From Acidobacteriota bacterium (GTDB lineage Bacteria; Acidobacteriota; Thermoanaerobaculia; UBA5066; Gp7-AA6): DNA of 50,447 nt. Shown here in pieces: positions 8,570-16,136 of the stretch. The DNA lies in NCBI GenBank assembly GCA_046728075.1, contig JBKPDV010000066.1:1-50447 (forward strand), given 5' to 3'. Numbering within the stretch: the stretch's first letter is position 1; the number at the start of each line of letters is the position of its first letter. The notes under the pieces were generated by a model that was given only the letters and a program-made list of their open reading frames with translations, did not search any database and was not told the origin of the DNA. The position numbers and the translations under genes were made by a program.

Positions 8570-10393
8570 TTGGGCAGAATCCTCGGCATCGACCTGGGCA
8601 CGACCAACTGCTGCGTGGCGGTGGTGGAAGGAGTCACGCCTCAGGTGCTGACCAACCGGGAGGGGAGCCGGACGACCCCGTCGATCACCGGATTCACCGA
8701 GGACAACGAGAGGCTCGTCGGCCAGATCGCCAAACGCCAGGCCATCACCAACCCGATGAACACCGTCTTCGCGGTGAAGCGTCTGGTCGGCCGCAAGTTC
8801 GAATCGGAGGAGACGCAGCACGCCCGCGAAGTTCTTCCCTATGAAGTCGTGCGCGCAGTCAACGGCGATGTCAAAATCCGCGCGCGGGGGCGCGAGTACA
8901 GCCCCGAGGAGATCTCCGCGTTCATCCTGAAGGAGATCAAGGAATTCTCCGAGGAGGCCCTCGGCGAGGAGATCAACGAAGCGATCATCACCGTGCCCGC
9001 GTACTTCGACGACGCGCAGCGCCAGGCCACCCGAGACGCGGGGCGCATCGCGGGTCTGGAAGTCCTGCGGATCATCAACGAGCCGACGGCGGCGGCGCTC
9101 GCCTATGGTCTCGAGCGGAAGGGAAGCGAGGTCGTCGCGGTCTACGACCTGGGCGGTGGAACCTTCGATATCTCGATTCTCGAGCTGGGCGAAGGGATCT
9201 ACGAGGTCAAGTCGACGGCGGGCGACACCTACCTGGGCGGCGAGGACTTCGACAAGAAGATCATGGATTGGATGCTGGACGACTTCAAGAAGTCCACCGG
9301 TATTGATCTGAAGCAGGACCGGATGGCACTCCAACGACTCAAAGAGGCGGCGGAGAAGGCCAAGTGCGAGTTGTCGACGGCGACGGAGACCACGATTACG
9401 CTGCCCTTCATCTCGGCGGACGCTTCGGGCCCCAAGCACATCAACCGGACTCTCACGCGGGATCGGTTCGAGACGCTCGTCGCGGATCTGATCGACCGGA
9501 CGGCAGCGCCGTGCCTGGACGCCCTGCAGGCGGCCGGACTCAAGCCCGCGGACGTCGATCAAGTCATCCTGGTCGGCGGCCAGACGCGCACACCGAAGGT
9601 CCAGCGCATGGTCGCGGAGCTCTTCGGCCGCGAGCCCAACCGCGAGATCAACCCGGACGAGGTCGTGGCGATCGGCGCGGCCATCCAGGGCGGCGTTCTC
9701 AAGGGGGAGATCAAGGACGTCGTGCTTCTGGACGTCACGCCCCTGTCGCTCGGCCTGGAGACTCATGGCGGTGTGTTCGAAAAGCTCATCGAGCGCAATT
9801 CCACGATTCCGACCAAGAACACGAAGGTGTTCACCACGGTTGCCGACAACCAGTCCGTCGTGGAGATTCACGTTCTCCAGGGCGAGCGCGAGGTCGCGCG
9901 CGAGAACAAGTCGCTCGGCCGGTTCGAGCTGGTGGGAATCCCCGCGGCCCCCCGCGGTGTTCCGCAGATCGAAGTGACGTTCGCCATCGACTCCAACGGA
10001 ATCGTCAACGTCTCGGCCCGCGACCTCGCGACCGGCAAGGCCCAGGGGATCCAGATCAATCCGGCGGGCGGGCTCTCCCAGGCCGAGATCGACAAGATCA
10101 TCAAGGAGGCTTCCGCGTTCGCCGAGGCCGACCATGTGCGGCGCGAGCTCGCGCAGCTGAAGGCGCGGCTGGAGGCGATGCTGGCGTCCAACGAGAAAGT
10201 GCTCGGGGAGTTCGGCTCGGCGCTCGCCGCCGATGAGCGCGAGCGCATCGAGGAAACCCTCAAGAGATCGCACGAGATCGCGTCCGTCGGAGACTCCCGG
10301 GACGCCCTGAACGAGGCCCTCTTCGATATGCAGGGGGTTTCCAAGGTGTTGACGAGAGTGATGCTGCAGAGAGCCGGGGCGGCGAAGGCCTGA
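8570..10393 (+). CDS. dnaK: Molecular chaperone DnaK (Hsp70)
   Basis: [45 protein letters not shown] start with GGAGAG about 7 nt upstream. Confidence 0.97.
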   Translation: MGRILGIDLGTTNCCVAVVEGVTPQVLTNREGSRTTPSITGFTEDNERLVGQIAKRQAITNPMNTVFAVKRLVGRKFESEETQHAREVLPYEVVRAVNGDVKIRARGREYSPEEISAFILKEIKEFSEEALGEEINEAIITVPAYFDDAQRQATRDAGRIAGLEVLRIINEPTAAALAYGLERKGSEVVAVYDLGGGTFDISILELGEGIYEVKSTAGDTYLGGEDFDKKIMDWMLDDFKKSTGIDLKQDRMALQRLKEAAEKAKCELSTATETTITLPFISADASGPKHINRTLTRDRFETLVADLIDRTAAPCLDALQAAGLKPADVDQVILVGGQTRTPKVQRMVAELFGREPNREINPDEVVAIGAAIQGGVLKGEIKDVVLLDVTPLSLGLETHGGVFEKLIERNSTIPTKNTKVFTTVADNQSVVEIHVLQGEREVARENKSLGRFELVGIPAAPRGVPQIEVTFAIDSNGIVNVSARDLATGKAQGIQINPAGGLSQAEIDKIIKEASAFAEADHVRRELAQLKARLEAMLASNEKVLGEFGSALAADERERIEETLKRSHEIASVGDSRDALNEALFDMQGVSKVLTRVMLQRAGAAKA

Positions 10394-10397
10394 AGGA

Positions 10398-10480
10398 GTC
10401 GACAGTCGACAGTCGACAGTCGACAGCCGGGGAGAACTTCTGAAATTCAAACTGTGGACTGATGACTGTGGACTGTTGAC
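10398..10480. repeat. Inverted heptad-array hairpin, unit GTCGACA
   Basis: Left arm: GTCGACA x4 then GCCGG. 21-nt loop. Right arm: TGTGGAC TGATGAC TGTGGAC TGTTGAC. It fills the dnaK-dnaJ spacer and ends at TTG 10481. Confidence 0.9.
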
Positions 10481-10483
10481 TTG

Positions 10484-11584
10484 ATGATGAACGAAAAGCG
10501 TGATTATTACGAGATACTGAGTGTCAGGCGCGATGTTGGCGCTGCCGAGCTGAAATCCGCTTATCGCAAGCTCGCTCTCCAGCACCACCCGGACCGTAAC
10601 CCCAACAACCCGGAAGCGGCCGAACGGTTCAAGGAGGCGTCCGAGGCCTACGCCGTGCTTTCGGATCCGGACAAGCGCGCGCGCTACGATCAATTCGGAC
10701 ACGCCGGAGTCGGGGCCTCGGCCGGGAGCGGGTTTTCTGGATTTGATTTCGGCGACTTCTCCGATCTGTTCGGGGAGATCTTCGGCTTTGGCGGGGGAGG
10801 CCGCGGGCCGCGCGCGCCCGCCGGAAGCGATCTCGTCTATCGAATGGAGATCTCCTTCCGCGACGCCGCCTTCGGGTTGGAGGCTCCCTTGCTCATCTCC
10901 CGGATGGAGCCATGCGCGGAGTGCGGCGGATCCGGCGCCGAGAAGGGAACGCGTCCCAAGACCTGCAGCGCGTGCGGCGGCCGGGGACGCGAGCGCCTCT
11001 CGCAGGGTTTCCTGATGATCACGCGCCCGTGCAGCCGCTGCCGGGGAGAAGGAGTGACGATCGAGAAACTCTGCGGCGCCTGCCGCGGGCAGGGACGCCA
11101 GCGGGCGTCGCAGTCGCTGACGATCCGCATCCCCGCCGGAGTCGAAACGGGCTCGCGCCTCCGACTGTCGGGAGAGGGGGACGCCGGGAGCAACGGTAGC
11201 CCGGCCGGAGACCTCTACGTCGTCCTGACGGTGCGGCCCGATGAAGTCTTCGAACGCGAAGAGGATCACGTGATCCTCAAGCTCACGCTTCCGTATCCCA
11301 CGCTCGTTCTGGGCGGAGAGGTCACGGTGCCGACGCTCGAGGGGACCGAGAAGATCTCCATCGCGGCGGGCACGCCCGCCGGCTCGGAGGTCCGCCTTCG
11401 CGGCAAGGGCTTCGGCCGGATCGGGCAACGAGGGCGCGGGGATCTGATCGTGCGCGTCGGTGTCGACGTGCCGCAGGCCCCGTCGGCAAAAGAGAAAGAG
11501 CTGCTGCGGCAGTACGCCGAGCTCGTGGGCGCGCCGGTCGGGAAGCCGAGCATGGCCGAGAAGGCGAAGAAGATTTTCAAGTGA
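10484..11584 (+). CDS. dnaJ: Molecular chaperone DnaJ
   Basis: J domain (DYYEILSV...[14 protein letters not shown]), G/F region, and four CxxCxGxG zinc motifs. TTG 10481, ATG 10484 and ATG 10487 are all possible starts. Confidence 0.95.
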   Translation: MMNEKRDYYEILSVRRDVGAAELKSAYRKLALQHHPDRNPNNPEAAERFKEASEAYAVLSDPDKRARYDQFGHAGVGASAGSGFSGFDFGDFSDLFGEIFGFGGGGRGPRAPAGSDLVYRMEISFRDAAFGLEAPLLISRMEPCAECGGSGAEKGTRPKTCSACGGRGRERLSQGFLMITRPCSRCRGEGVTIEKLCGACRGQGRQRASQSLTIRIPAGVETGSRLRLSGEGDAGSNGSPAGDLYVVLTVRPDEVFEREEDHVILKLTLPYPTLVLGGEVTVPTLEGTEKISIAAGTPAGSEVRLRGKGFGRIGQRGRGDLIVRVGVDVPQAPSAKEKELLRQYAELVGAPVGKPSMAEKAKKIFK

Positions 11585-11668
11585 GCTGTCAGCTGTCAGC
11601 TTTCAGCTATCAGCCAGAATGGCACGACGTTTCCGGGAGCTGAGAGCTGAGAGCTGAAAGCTGAGAGC
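11585..11668. repeat. Inverted heptad-array hairpin, unit GCTNTCA
   Basis: TGA-GCTGTCA GCTGTCA GCTTTCA GCTATCA GCC, 21-nt loop, then GAGC TGAGAGC TGAGAGC TGAAAGC TGAGAGC-TTG. It spans exactly from the dnaJ stop to the prmA start. Confidence 0.92.
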
Positions 11669-12496
11669 TTGCCCCGTCTCAAGTACTCCCGCCTCTCGAT
11701 TCCCCGCAAGGCCAAGGACGATGCCGTCGTCGGTCTGCTGTGGCTCCACGAGACGCTCGGGTTCGCCCAGGAAGGGCGGGACCTCGTGGCCTGTTTCCGC
11801 GACGCGGACCGGGCGCGGAACGCCCAGCGGGAGCTCGAGACTCGAGGCGTGCGCTGCGAGCTCGTCACGGACATTCCCGAAGAAGACCCTCTCGAGGCGT
11901 TTCGCCTCGCCTCGCGGCCCTTCGCTGTGGGACAGCGGTTCTGGATCGATCCGGGCGAGCCTTCCGACTCACAACCTCCGTCCGACCGGATCGCTCTGCG
12001 GCTTCCCGCCTCCCGCGCCTTCGGGACCGGCGGCCATGAATCGACGCGGCTGGTCCTGCTCGCTCTGGAGGAGGAGCCGCCCGTCGACCTCGACGTTCTG
12101 GACGTCGGCACGGGCTCGGGCGTCCTGGCGCTGGCGGCCGCCGCGCTCGCGGCTCGCCGGTCGGTCGGGCTCGACACGGACTTAGACGCCGTCTGCGTTG
12201 CGGAAGAGAACCGCCGGCGGCATTCCTTCGGACAGACCGTCCGCTTCCTCGCGGCCGGAATCGAAGCCGTGGCGGGGCAGTTTCACCTCGTGCTCGCCAA
12301 CCTGCTTCCTGAGGAATTCCTCCCGATCCGCCGGCGCGTGCTCGCCCGCGTGGCCCCTCAGGGGCGCGCGATTCTCTCGGGAATCTCGCGCGATCGGGAG
12401 GACGAGGTGCTCGACCGCGTCCGGTCCGAGCGCTGGCGGCTGGCGGGACGGCGCAGCGAGAACGAATGGACGAGCCTGACTCTCGAGCGCGCCTGA
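11669..12496 (+). CDS. prmA: Ribosomal protein L11 methyltransferase PrmA-like
   Basis: FGTGGHESTRLVL, DVLDVGTGSGVLALAAA. Conserved dnaJ-prmA-rsmE order. TTG start; there is an in-frame TGA at 11648. Confidence 0.85.
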   Translation: MPRLKYSRLSIPRKAKDDAVVGLLWLHETLGFAQEGRDLVACFRDADRARNAQRELETRGVRCELVTDIPEEDPLEAFRLASRPFAVGQRFWIDPGEPSDSQPPSDRIALRLPASRAFGTGGHESTRLVLLALEEEPPVDLDVLDVGTGSGVLALAAAALAARRSVGLDTDLDAVCVAEENRRRHSFGQTVRFLAAGIEAVAGQFHLVLANLLPEEFLPIRRRVLARVAPQGRAILSGISRDREDEVLDRVRSERWRLAGRRSENEWTSLTLERA

Positions 12497-13203
12497 TCGT
12501 CGAGCGCTGCCCGAACCGCCAGGGCGAGACCGAGCTCTCGCGGGGCGAAGTCGCCCACGCCCGGGCGCGACGACTCCAGCGCGGTGATCCCGTCGTGCTG
12601 ATCGACGGGACGGGAACGGAGGCGCGCGGCACGTTGCTGCGGCTCTCCCGCGACGCCGCAGCCGTTTTCGTGGAAGAGATTCGCCACGGGCCGGATTCCC
12701 GAGAACGCATCGCGCTCTTCGTCGCGGGATTGAAGCGCGAGCGGCTCTCGTGGATCGCGGAAAAGGCCACCGAGCTCGGGGCCACCGCCCTGACCGTCGT
12801 CTCGACGGACCGCACCCAGCGCTTCCGCGCCACTCCCGAATTGTCGCAGCGGCTCACACGCGTCGCACAGGAGGCCGCCAAACAGTGTGGAAGCGCCCGG
12901 TGGCCCGCCATCTCCGGCTTCCGCGATTTGTCAGACATCCTTTCGGAAGAGCGGGACGCCACACGTCTGATCCTCGACCCGAAGGCGCCTCCCTTTCCCT
13001 CTTCGCTCGAGGCCCCGCTCGCCCTCCTGATCGGCCCGGAAGGGGGCTGGACGGAGAAGGAACGCGCGGCCGCCGGGGAGAAGGGATGGATCGCCGCCTC
13101 CCTGCCCGCCGGCCTGCTCCGCGCCGAGACCGCCGCGATTGCGGCGCTCGTCCTGGCGCGAGCCGCGCTCGAGCGCAGCGCCGGCGAAAGGCGAAAGGCG
13201 TAA
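12466..13203 (+). CDS. rsmE: 16S rRNA (uracil1498-N3)-methyltransferase RsmE
   Basis: RsmE length and motifs (LFVAGLKRERLSWIAEKATELGATAL, LLIGPEGGWTEKE). The last 6 codons and the TAA stop lie inside a heptad array. Confidence 0.85.
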   Translation: MDEPDSRARLIVERCPNRQGETELSRGEVAHARARRLQRGDPVVLIDGTGTEARGTLLRLSRDAAAVFVEEIRHGPDSRERIALFVAGLKRERLSWIAEKATELGATALTVVSTDRTQRFRATPELSQRLTRVAQEAAKQCGSARWPAISGFRDLSDILSEERDATRLILDPKAPPFPSSLEAPLALLIGPEGGWTEKERAAAGEKGWIAASLPAGLLRAETAAIAALVLARAALERSAGERRKA

Positions 13204-13265
13204 GGCGAAAGGCGATAGCTTTCCTTTCTCCACGCCCTTCGCCCTTCGCCGTTCGCCATTCGCCC
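13183..13265. repeat. Inverted heptad-array hairpin, unit GGCGAAN
   Basis: GGCGAAA GGCGAAA GGCGTAA GGCGAAA GGCGATA, loop, then CTTCGCC CTTCGCC GTTCGCC ATTCGCC. The third unit carries the rsmE TAA stop. Confidence 0.9.
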
Positions 13266-13273
13266 GTCGTACG

Positions 13274-13303
13274 TTGACACCCCCTTCCGCGCGGGGAGAT
13301 ACT
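13274..13303 (+). promoter_or_regulatory. Candidate sigma70-type promoter for ilvE
   Basis: TTGACA (13274..13279), 18-nt spacer, GATACT (13298..13303). It lies just after the right arm of the heptad hairpin, about 35 nt upstream of the ATG. Confidence 0.4.
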
Positions 13304-13337
13304 GGCGCGACACCGACAATCGAACCGGAGGCAGGCG

Positions 13338-14276
13338 ATGTCCTACGAAGACGTCAAGAAGGTCTGGATGAACGGCCGGCTCGTGGACTTCGCCGACGCG
13401 AAGATTCACGCCTTCTCACACGTCTTCCATTACGGCTCGGCGATGTTCGAAGGCGCGCGCGTTTACAAGACGAAGAACGGGCCTGCCGCCTTTCGTCTGG
13501 ACGAGCACATCAAGCGCATGTTCGATTCCTGCAAGGTCTACCGGATGGAGATCCCCTACTCGAAGGAGGAATTCAAGGGAGCGATCTTCGACACGATCCG
13601 AGCCAACGGCTTCGAGGAGTGTTACATCCGGCCCGTGGTGTATCGGGGTTTGGGCGCCCTGGGCGTCAACCCGTTCCGCAGCCCCGTGGAAGTTCTGATC
13701 GCGATCTGGAAGTGGGGTCAGTATCTCGGAGAAGAAGCCATCGAGCAGGGAGTGGACGTCTGCGTTTCTTCCTGGAACCGCATGGCCCCAAACACGTTTC
13801 CGGCGATGGCGAAGGCAACCGGGAATTATCTGAACTCCGCGCTGATCAAGATGGAGGCGATCGTCAACGGCTACACGGAGGGAATCGCGCTCGACAACGC
13901 CGGCCGCGTCTCGGAAGGCAGCGGCGAAAACCTCTTCCTGGTCTATGGAGGCAAGATCCTCACTCCGCCCCTCTCCGGGACGATCCTGCCCGGGATCACA
14001 CGCGACTCCGTTCTGACCCTGGCCCGCGACGCGGGATACACGGTGGTCGAGCAGCAAATCGCGCGAGAGCTCCTTTATATCGCCGATGAGGTCTTCTTTA
14101 CGGGAACGGCCGCCGAGATCACGCCGATCCGGTCCGTCGACCGCATCCCGGTAGGCACGGGCAAGCGCGGCCCCGTCACGGAGCGTCTCCAGAAAGAGTT
14201 CTTCGGGCTGCTCCGGGGAGACTCGGAAGACCGCTACGGCTGGCTCACGCCCATTCCCGTGGAAGCAAAGGTCTAA
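13338..14276 (+). CDS. ilvE: Branched-chain amino acid aminotransferase
   Basis: [56 protein letters not shown] lies 6 nt upstream of the ATG. Confidence 0.93.
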   Translation: MSYEDVKKVWMNGRLVDFADAKIHAFSHVFHYGSAMFEGARVYKTKNGPAAFRLDEHIKRMFDSCKVYRMEIPYSKEEFKGAIFDTIRANGFEECYIRPVVYRGLGALGVNPFRSPVEVLIAIWKWGQYLGEEAIEQGVDVCVSSWNRMAPNTFPAMAKATGNYLNSALIKMEAIVNGYTEGIALDNAGRVSEGSGENLFLVYGGKILTPPLSGTILPGITRDSVLTLARDAGYTVVEQQIARELLYIADEVFFTGTAAEITPIRSVDRIPVGTGKRGPVTERLQKEFFGLLRGDSEDRYGWLTPIPVEAKV

Positions 14277-14344
14277 CGTCTAAGGTCCAAAGTCTAAGCT
14301 GCTGGCTGACCGAACCTTAGACCTTGGACTTTAGACTTCAGACC
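14271..14344. repeat. Inverted heptad-array hairpin, unit GTCTAAN
   Basis: GTCTAAC GTCTAAG GTCCAAA GTCTAAG, 16-nt loop, then CTTAGAC CTTGGAC TTTAGAC TTCAGAC. The first unit contains the ilvE TAA stop (14274..14276). Confidence 0.9.
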
Positions 14345-14394
14345 TCAATTTCCTTCCAATCCCTCGCCGATAGGCGTAACCTTGTCAACTACTT

Positions 14395-15585
14395 ATGCAT
14401 ATAAATGACCTGCTCAAGATCGCTGTCGAGCGAAAGGCGTCGGACCTCCATCTGAAGGTGTCGGCGTTCCCGGTTCTGCGCATCGACGGGGTGCTCACGC
14501 CCTTAGCCGACGTGCGGCGTCTGATGCAGGAAGACACGATCGCGATGGCCTTCTCGATCATGTCGGCCCGCCAGAAGGAGAAGTTCAAGAACGACTTCGA
14601 GATCGACATCGCGTACTCGGTCCCCAATCTGGGCCGTTTCCGGTGCGCCATCTTCCAGCAGCGGGGCACGGTCGGACTCGTTCTGCGCGTCATCCCGTCG
14701 CGGATCTTGAGCATCCGCGAGCTCTTGCTCCCGCCGGTGATGGAGAAGATCTGCACGGAGCAGCGCGGCCTCGTTCTCTGCACGGGCACCACCGGCTCGG
14801 GCAAATCCACGACGCTCGCCGCGATGATCGACCACATCAACGCGACCCGCAACGAGCACGTGATGACAGTCGAGGACCCGATCGAGTTTCTTCACCGGGA
14901 CAAGAAGTCGATCATCAACCAGCGCGAGGTGGAGGTCGACACGAAGGGCTTCGGGGTGGCGCTTCGAAGCGCACTGCGCCAGGACCCGGACGTCATTCTC
15001 GTGGGCGAAATGCGCGACTACGAGACGATCGAGACGGCTCTGACGGCGGCGGAAACAGGACATCTGGTCTTTTCCACGCTTCACACTCTGGACGCGACGG
15101 AAACGATCAACCGCATCATCGCGGTCTTCCCCCCGCACCAGCAGAAGCAGATCCGCCTACAGCTCGGAGCGGTCTTGAAGGCGGTCATCTCGCTGCGTCT
15201 GATGCCGCGGGCCGACGGCCTCGGCCGAGTTCCGGCCGCCGAGATCCTGCTGCGGACCTCCTATGTCCGGGAGTGCATCGAGAACAAGGAAAAGACCAAG
15301 CTCATCAAGGACGCGATCGCGGCGGGCACCTCGCAGTATGGAATGCAGACCTTCGATCAGTCCCTCTACCAGCTCTACAAGTCCGGCCTCATCACCCTGG
15401 AAGAGGCCCTGCGGCGCGCCACGAACCCCAACGAGTTCAAGCTCAAGATTCAGGGGATCCAGTCCACCTCCGACCTGGCGCGCGAGGAAATGGATGCCGA
15501 GCTGGAGGCGCCGAGCGACTTCAACCCGATGGAGTCGGAAGAGTCGCCGTTTGATTTTTCGAGGCAGCCGCCCGGGACCCGATGA
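14395..15585 (+). CDS. pilT: Type IV pilus retraction ATPase PilT
   Basis: ASDLHLKV, GTTGSGKSTTLAAMI, DPDVILVGEMRD, GHLVFSTLHT, and the AIRNLIRE-like block. Confidence 0.93.
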   Translation: MHINDLLKIAVERKASDLHLKVSAFPVLRIDGVLTPLADVRRLMQEDTIAMAFSIMSARQKEKFKNDFEIDIAYSVPNLGRFRCAIFQQRGTVGLVLRVIPSRILSIRELLLPPVMEKICTEQRGLVLCTGTTGSGKSTTLAAMIDHINATRNEHVMTVEDPIEFLHRDKKSIINQREVEVDTKGFGVALRSALRQDPDVILVGEMRDYETIETALTAAETGHLVFSTLHTLDATETINRIIAVFPPHQQKQIRLQLGAVLKAVISLRLMPRADGLGRVPAAEILLRTSYVRECIENKEKTKLIKDAIAAGTSQYGMQTFDQSLYQLYKSGLITLEEALRRATNPNEFKLKIQGIQSTSDLAREEMDAELEAPSDFNPMESEESPFDFSRQPPGTR

Positions 15586-15621
15586 GCGGGCGCTCGGCGC
15601 TCGGCCTTGGGCGCTAGGCGG
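15586..15621. repeat. Single heptad array, unit GCGCTCG
   Basis: GCGCTCG GCGCTCG GCCTTGG GCGCTAG directly after the pilT TGA. I found no complementary arm. It contains the TAG that interrupts the recX frame. Confidence 0.75.
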
Positions 15622-16136
15622 GAACGGCCACGCCTCGCCGGGTCTCCAAAACAGAGCATCCCGATTCCGCGGCGGCGGCTTACGACCGGGCGCTGCGTCT
15701 CCTGACGGTTCGCGCGCGCGGGCGCGCGGAGCTCGGCGCCGACCTCCAACGGCGCGGCTTTTCGAAAGCCTCGGCGCAGGAGGCGCTCGACCGGCTCGCG
15801 GGGCAGAGTCTGCTGGATGATCTCGCGGCGGCGAGGTCCCTCGTCCGGGTCAAAAGCGCGCGCTACGGTCGCGCCCGGATCGAGCGGGAGCTGTCCGGTC
15901 GGGGCTTCTCCGCGGAGACGATCGCGGCGGCGCTGGCGGAGGCCGACCCGTCGGGGGAAGAAAAGTCCCTCGAACGCGCGTTTGCGAAGCTCTGGGCCTC
16001 GAGCGCCGGAACCCCGCGGCAGCGGCGGCGGCAGCGGATCTGGAGCGCGCTGGTGAGGCGGGGCTTCGCCGCCGCTCGAGTTTCTGAGATCATGAAAGGC
16101 TCTCATGACGACGATGAAATCGACCGAGGTCCGTGA
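15618..16136 (+). CDS. recX: Recombination regulator RecX (start codon unresolved; coordinates are the open frame after TAG 15615..15617)
   Basis: Not in the ORF track. Hand translation: ...AYDRALRLLTVRARGRAELGADLQRRGFSKASAQEALDRLAGQSLLDDLAAARSLVRVKSARYGRARIERELSGRGFSAETIAAALAEAD...RIWSALVRRGFAAARVSEIM, a three-repeat RecX pattern. It overlaps the alaS start by 32 nt, and the recX-alaS adjacency is a classical arrangement. Confidence 0.75.
   Translation, partial: AGTATPRRVSKTEHPDSAAAAYDRALRLLTVRARGRAELGADLQRRGFSKASAQEALDRLAGQSLLDDLAAARSLVRVKSARYGRARIERELSGRGFSAETIAAALAEADPSGEEKSLERAFAKLWASSAGTPRQRRRQRIWSALVRRGFAAARVSEIMKGSHDDDEIDRGP

Noticed and set aside
7802-11428. 1208-aa ORF on the minus strand
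   Set aside because: It is antisense to grpE, dnaK and dnaJ, whose identities are unambiguous. Its sequence is Arg/Gly/Asp/Leu-rich and low-complexity, as expected for open antisense frames in GC-rich DNA.
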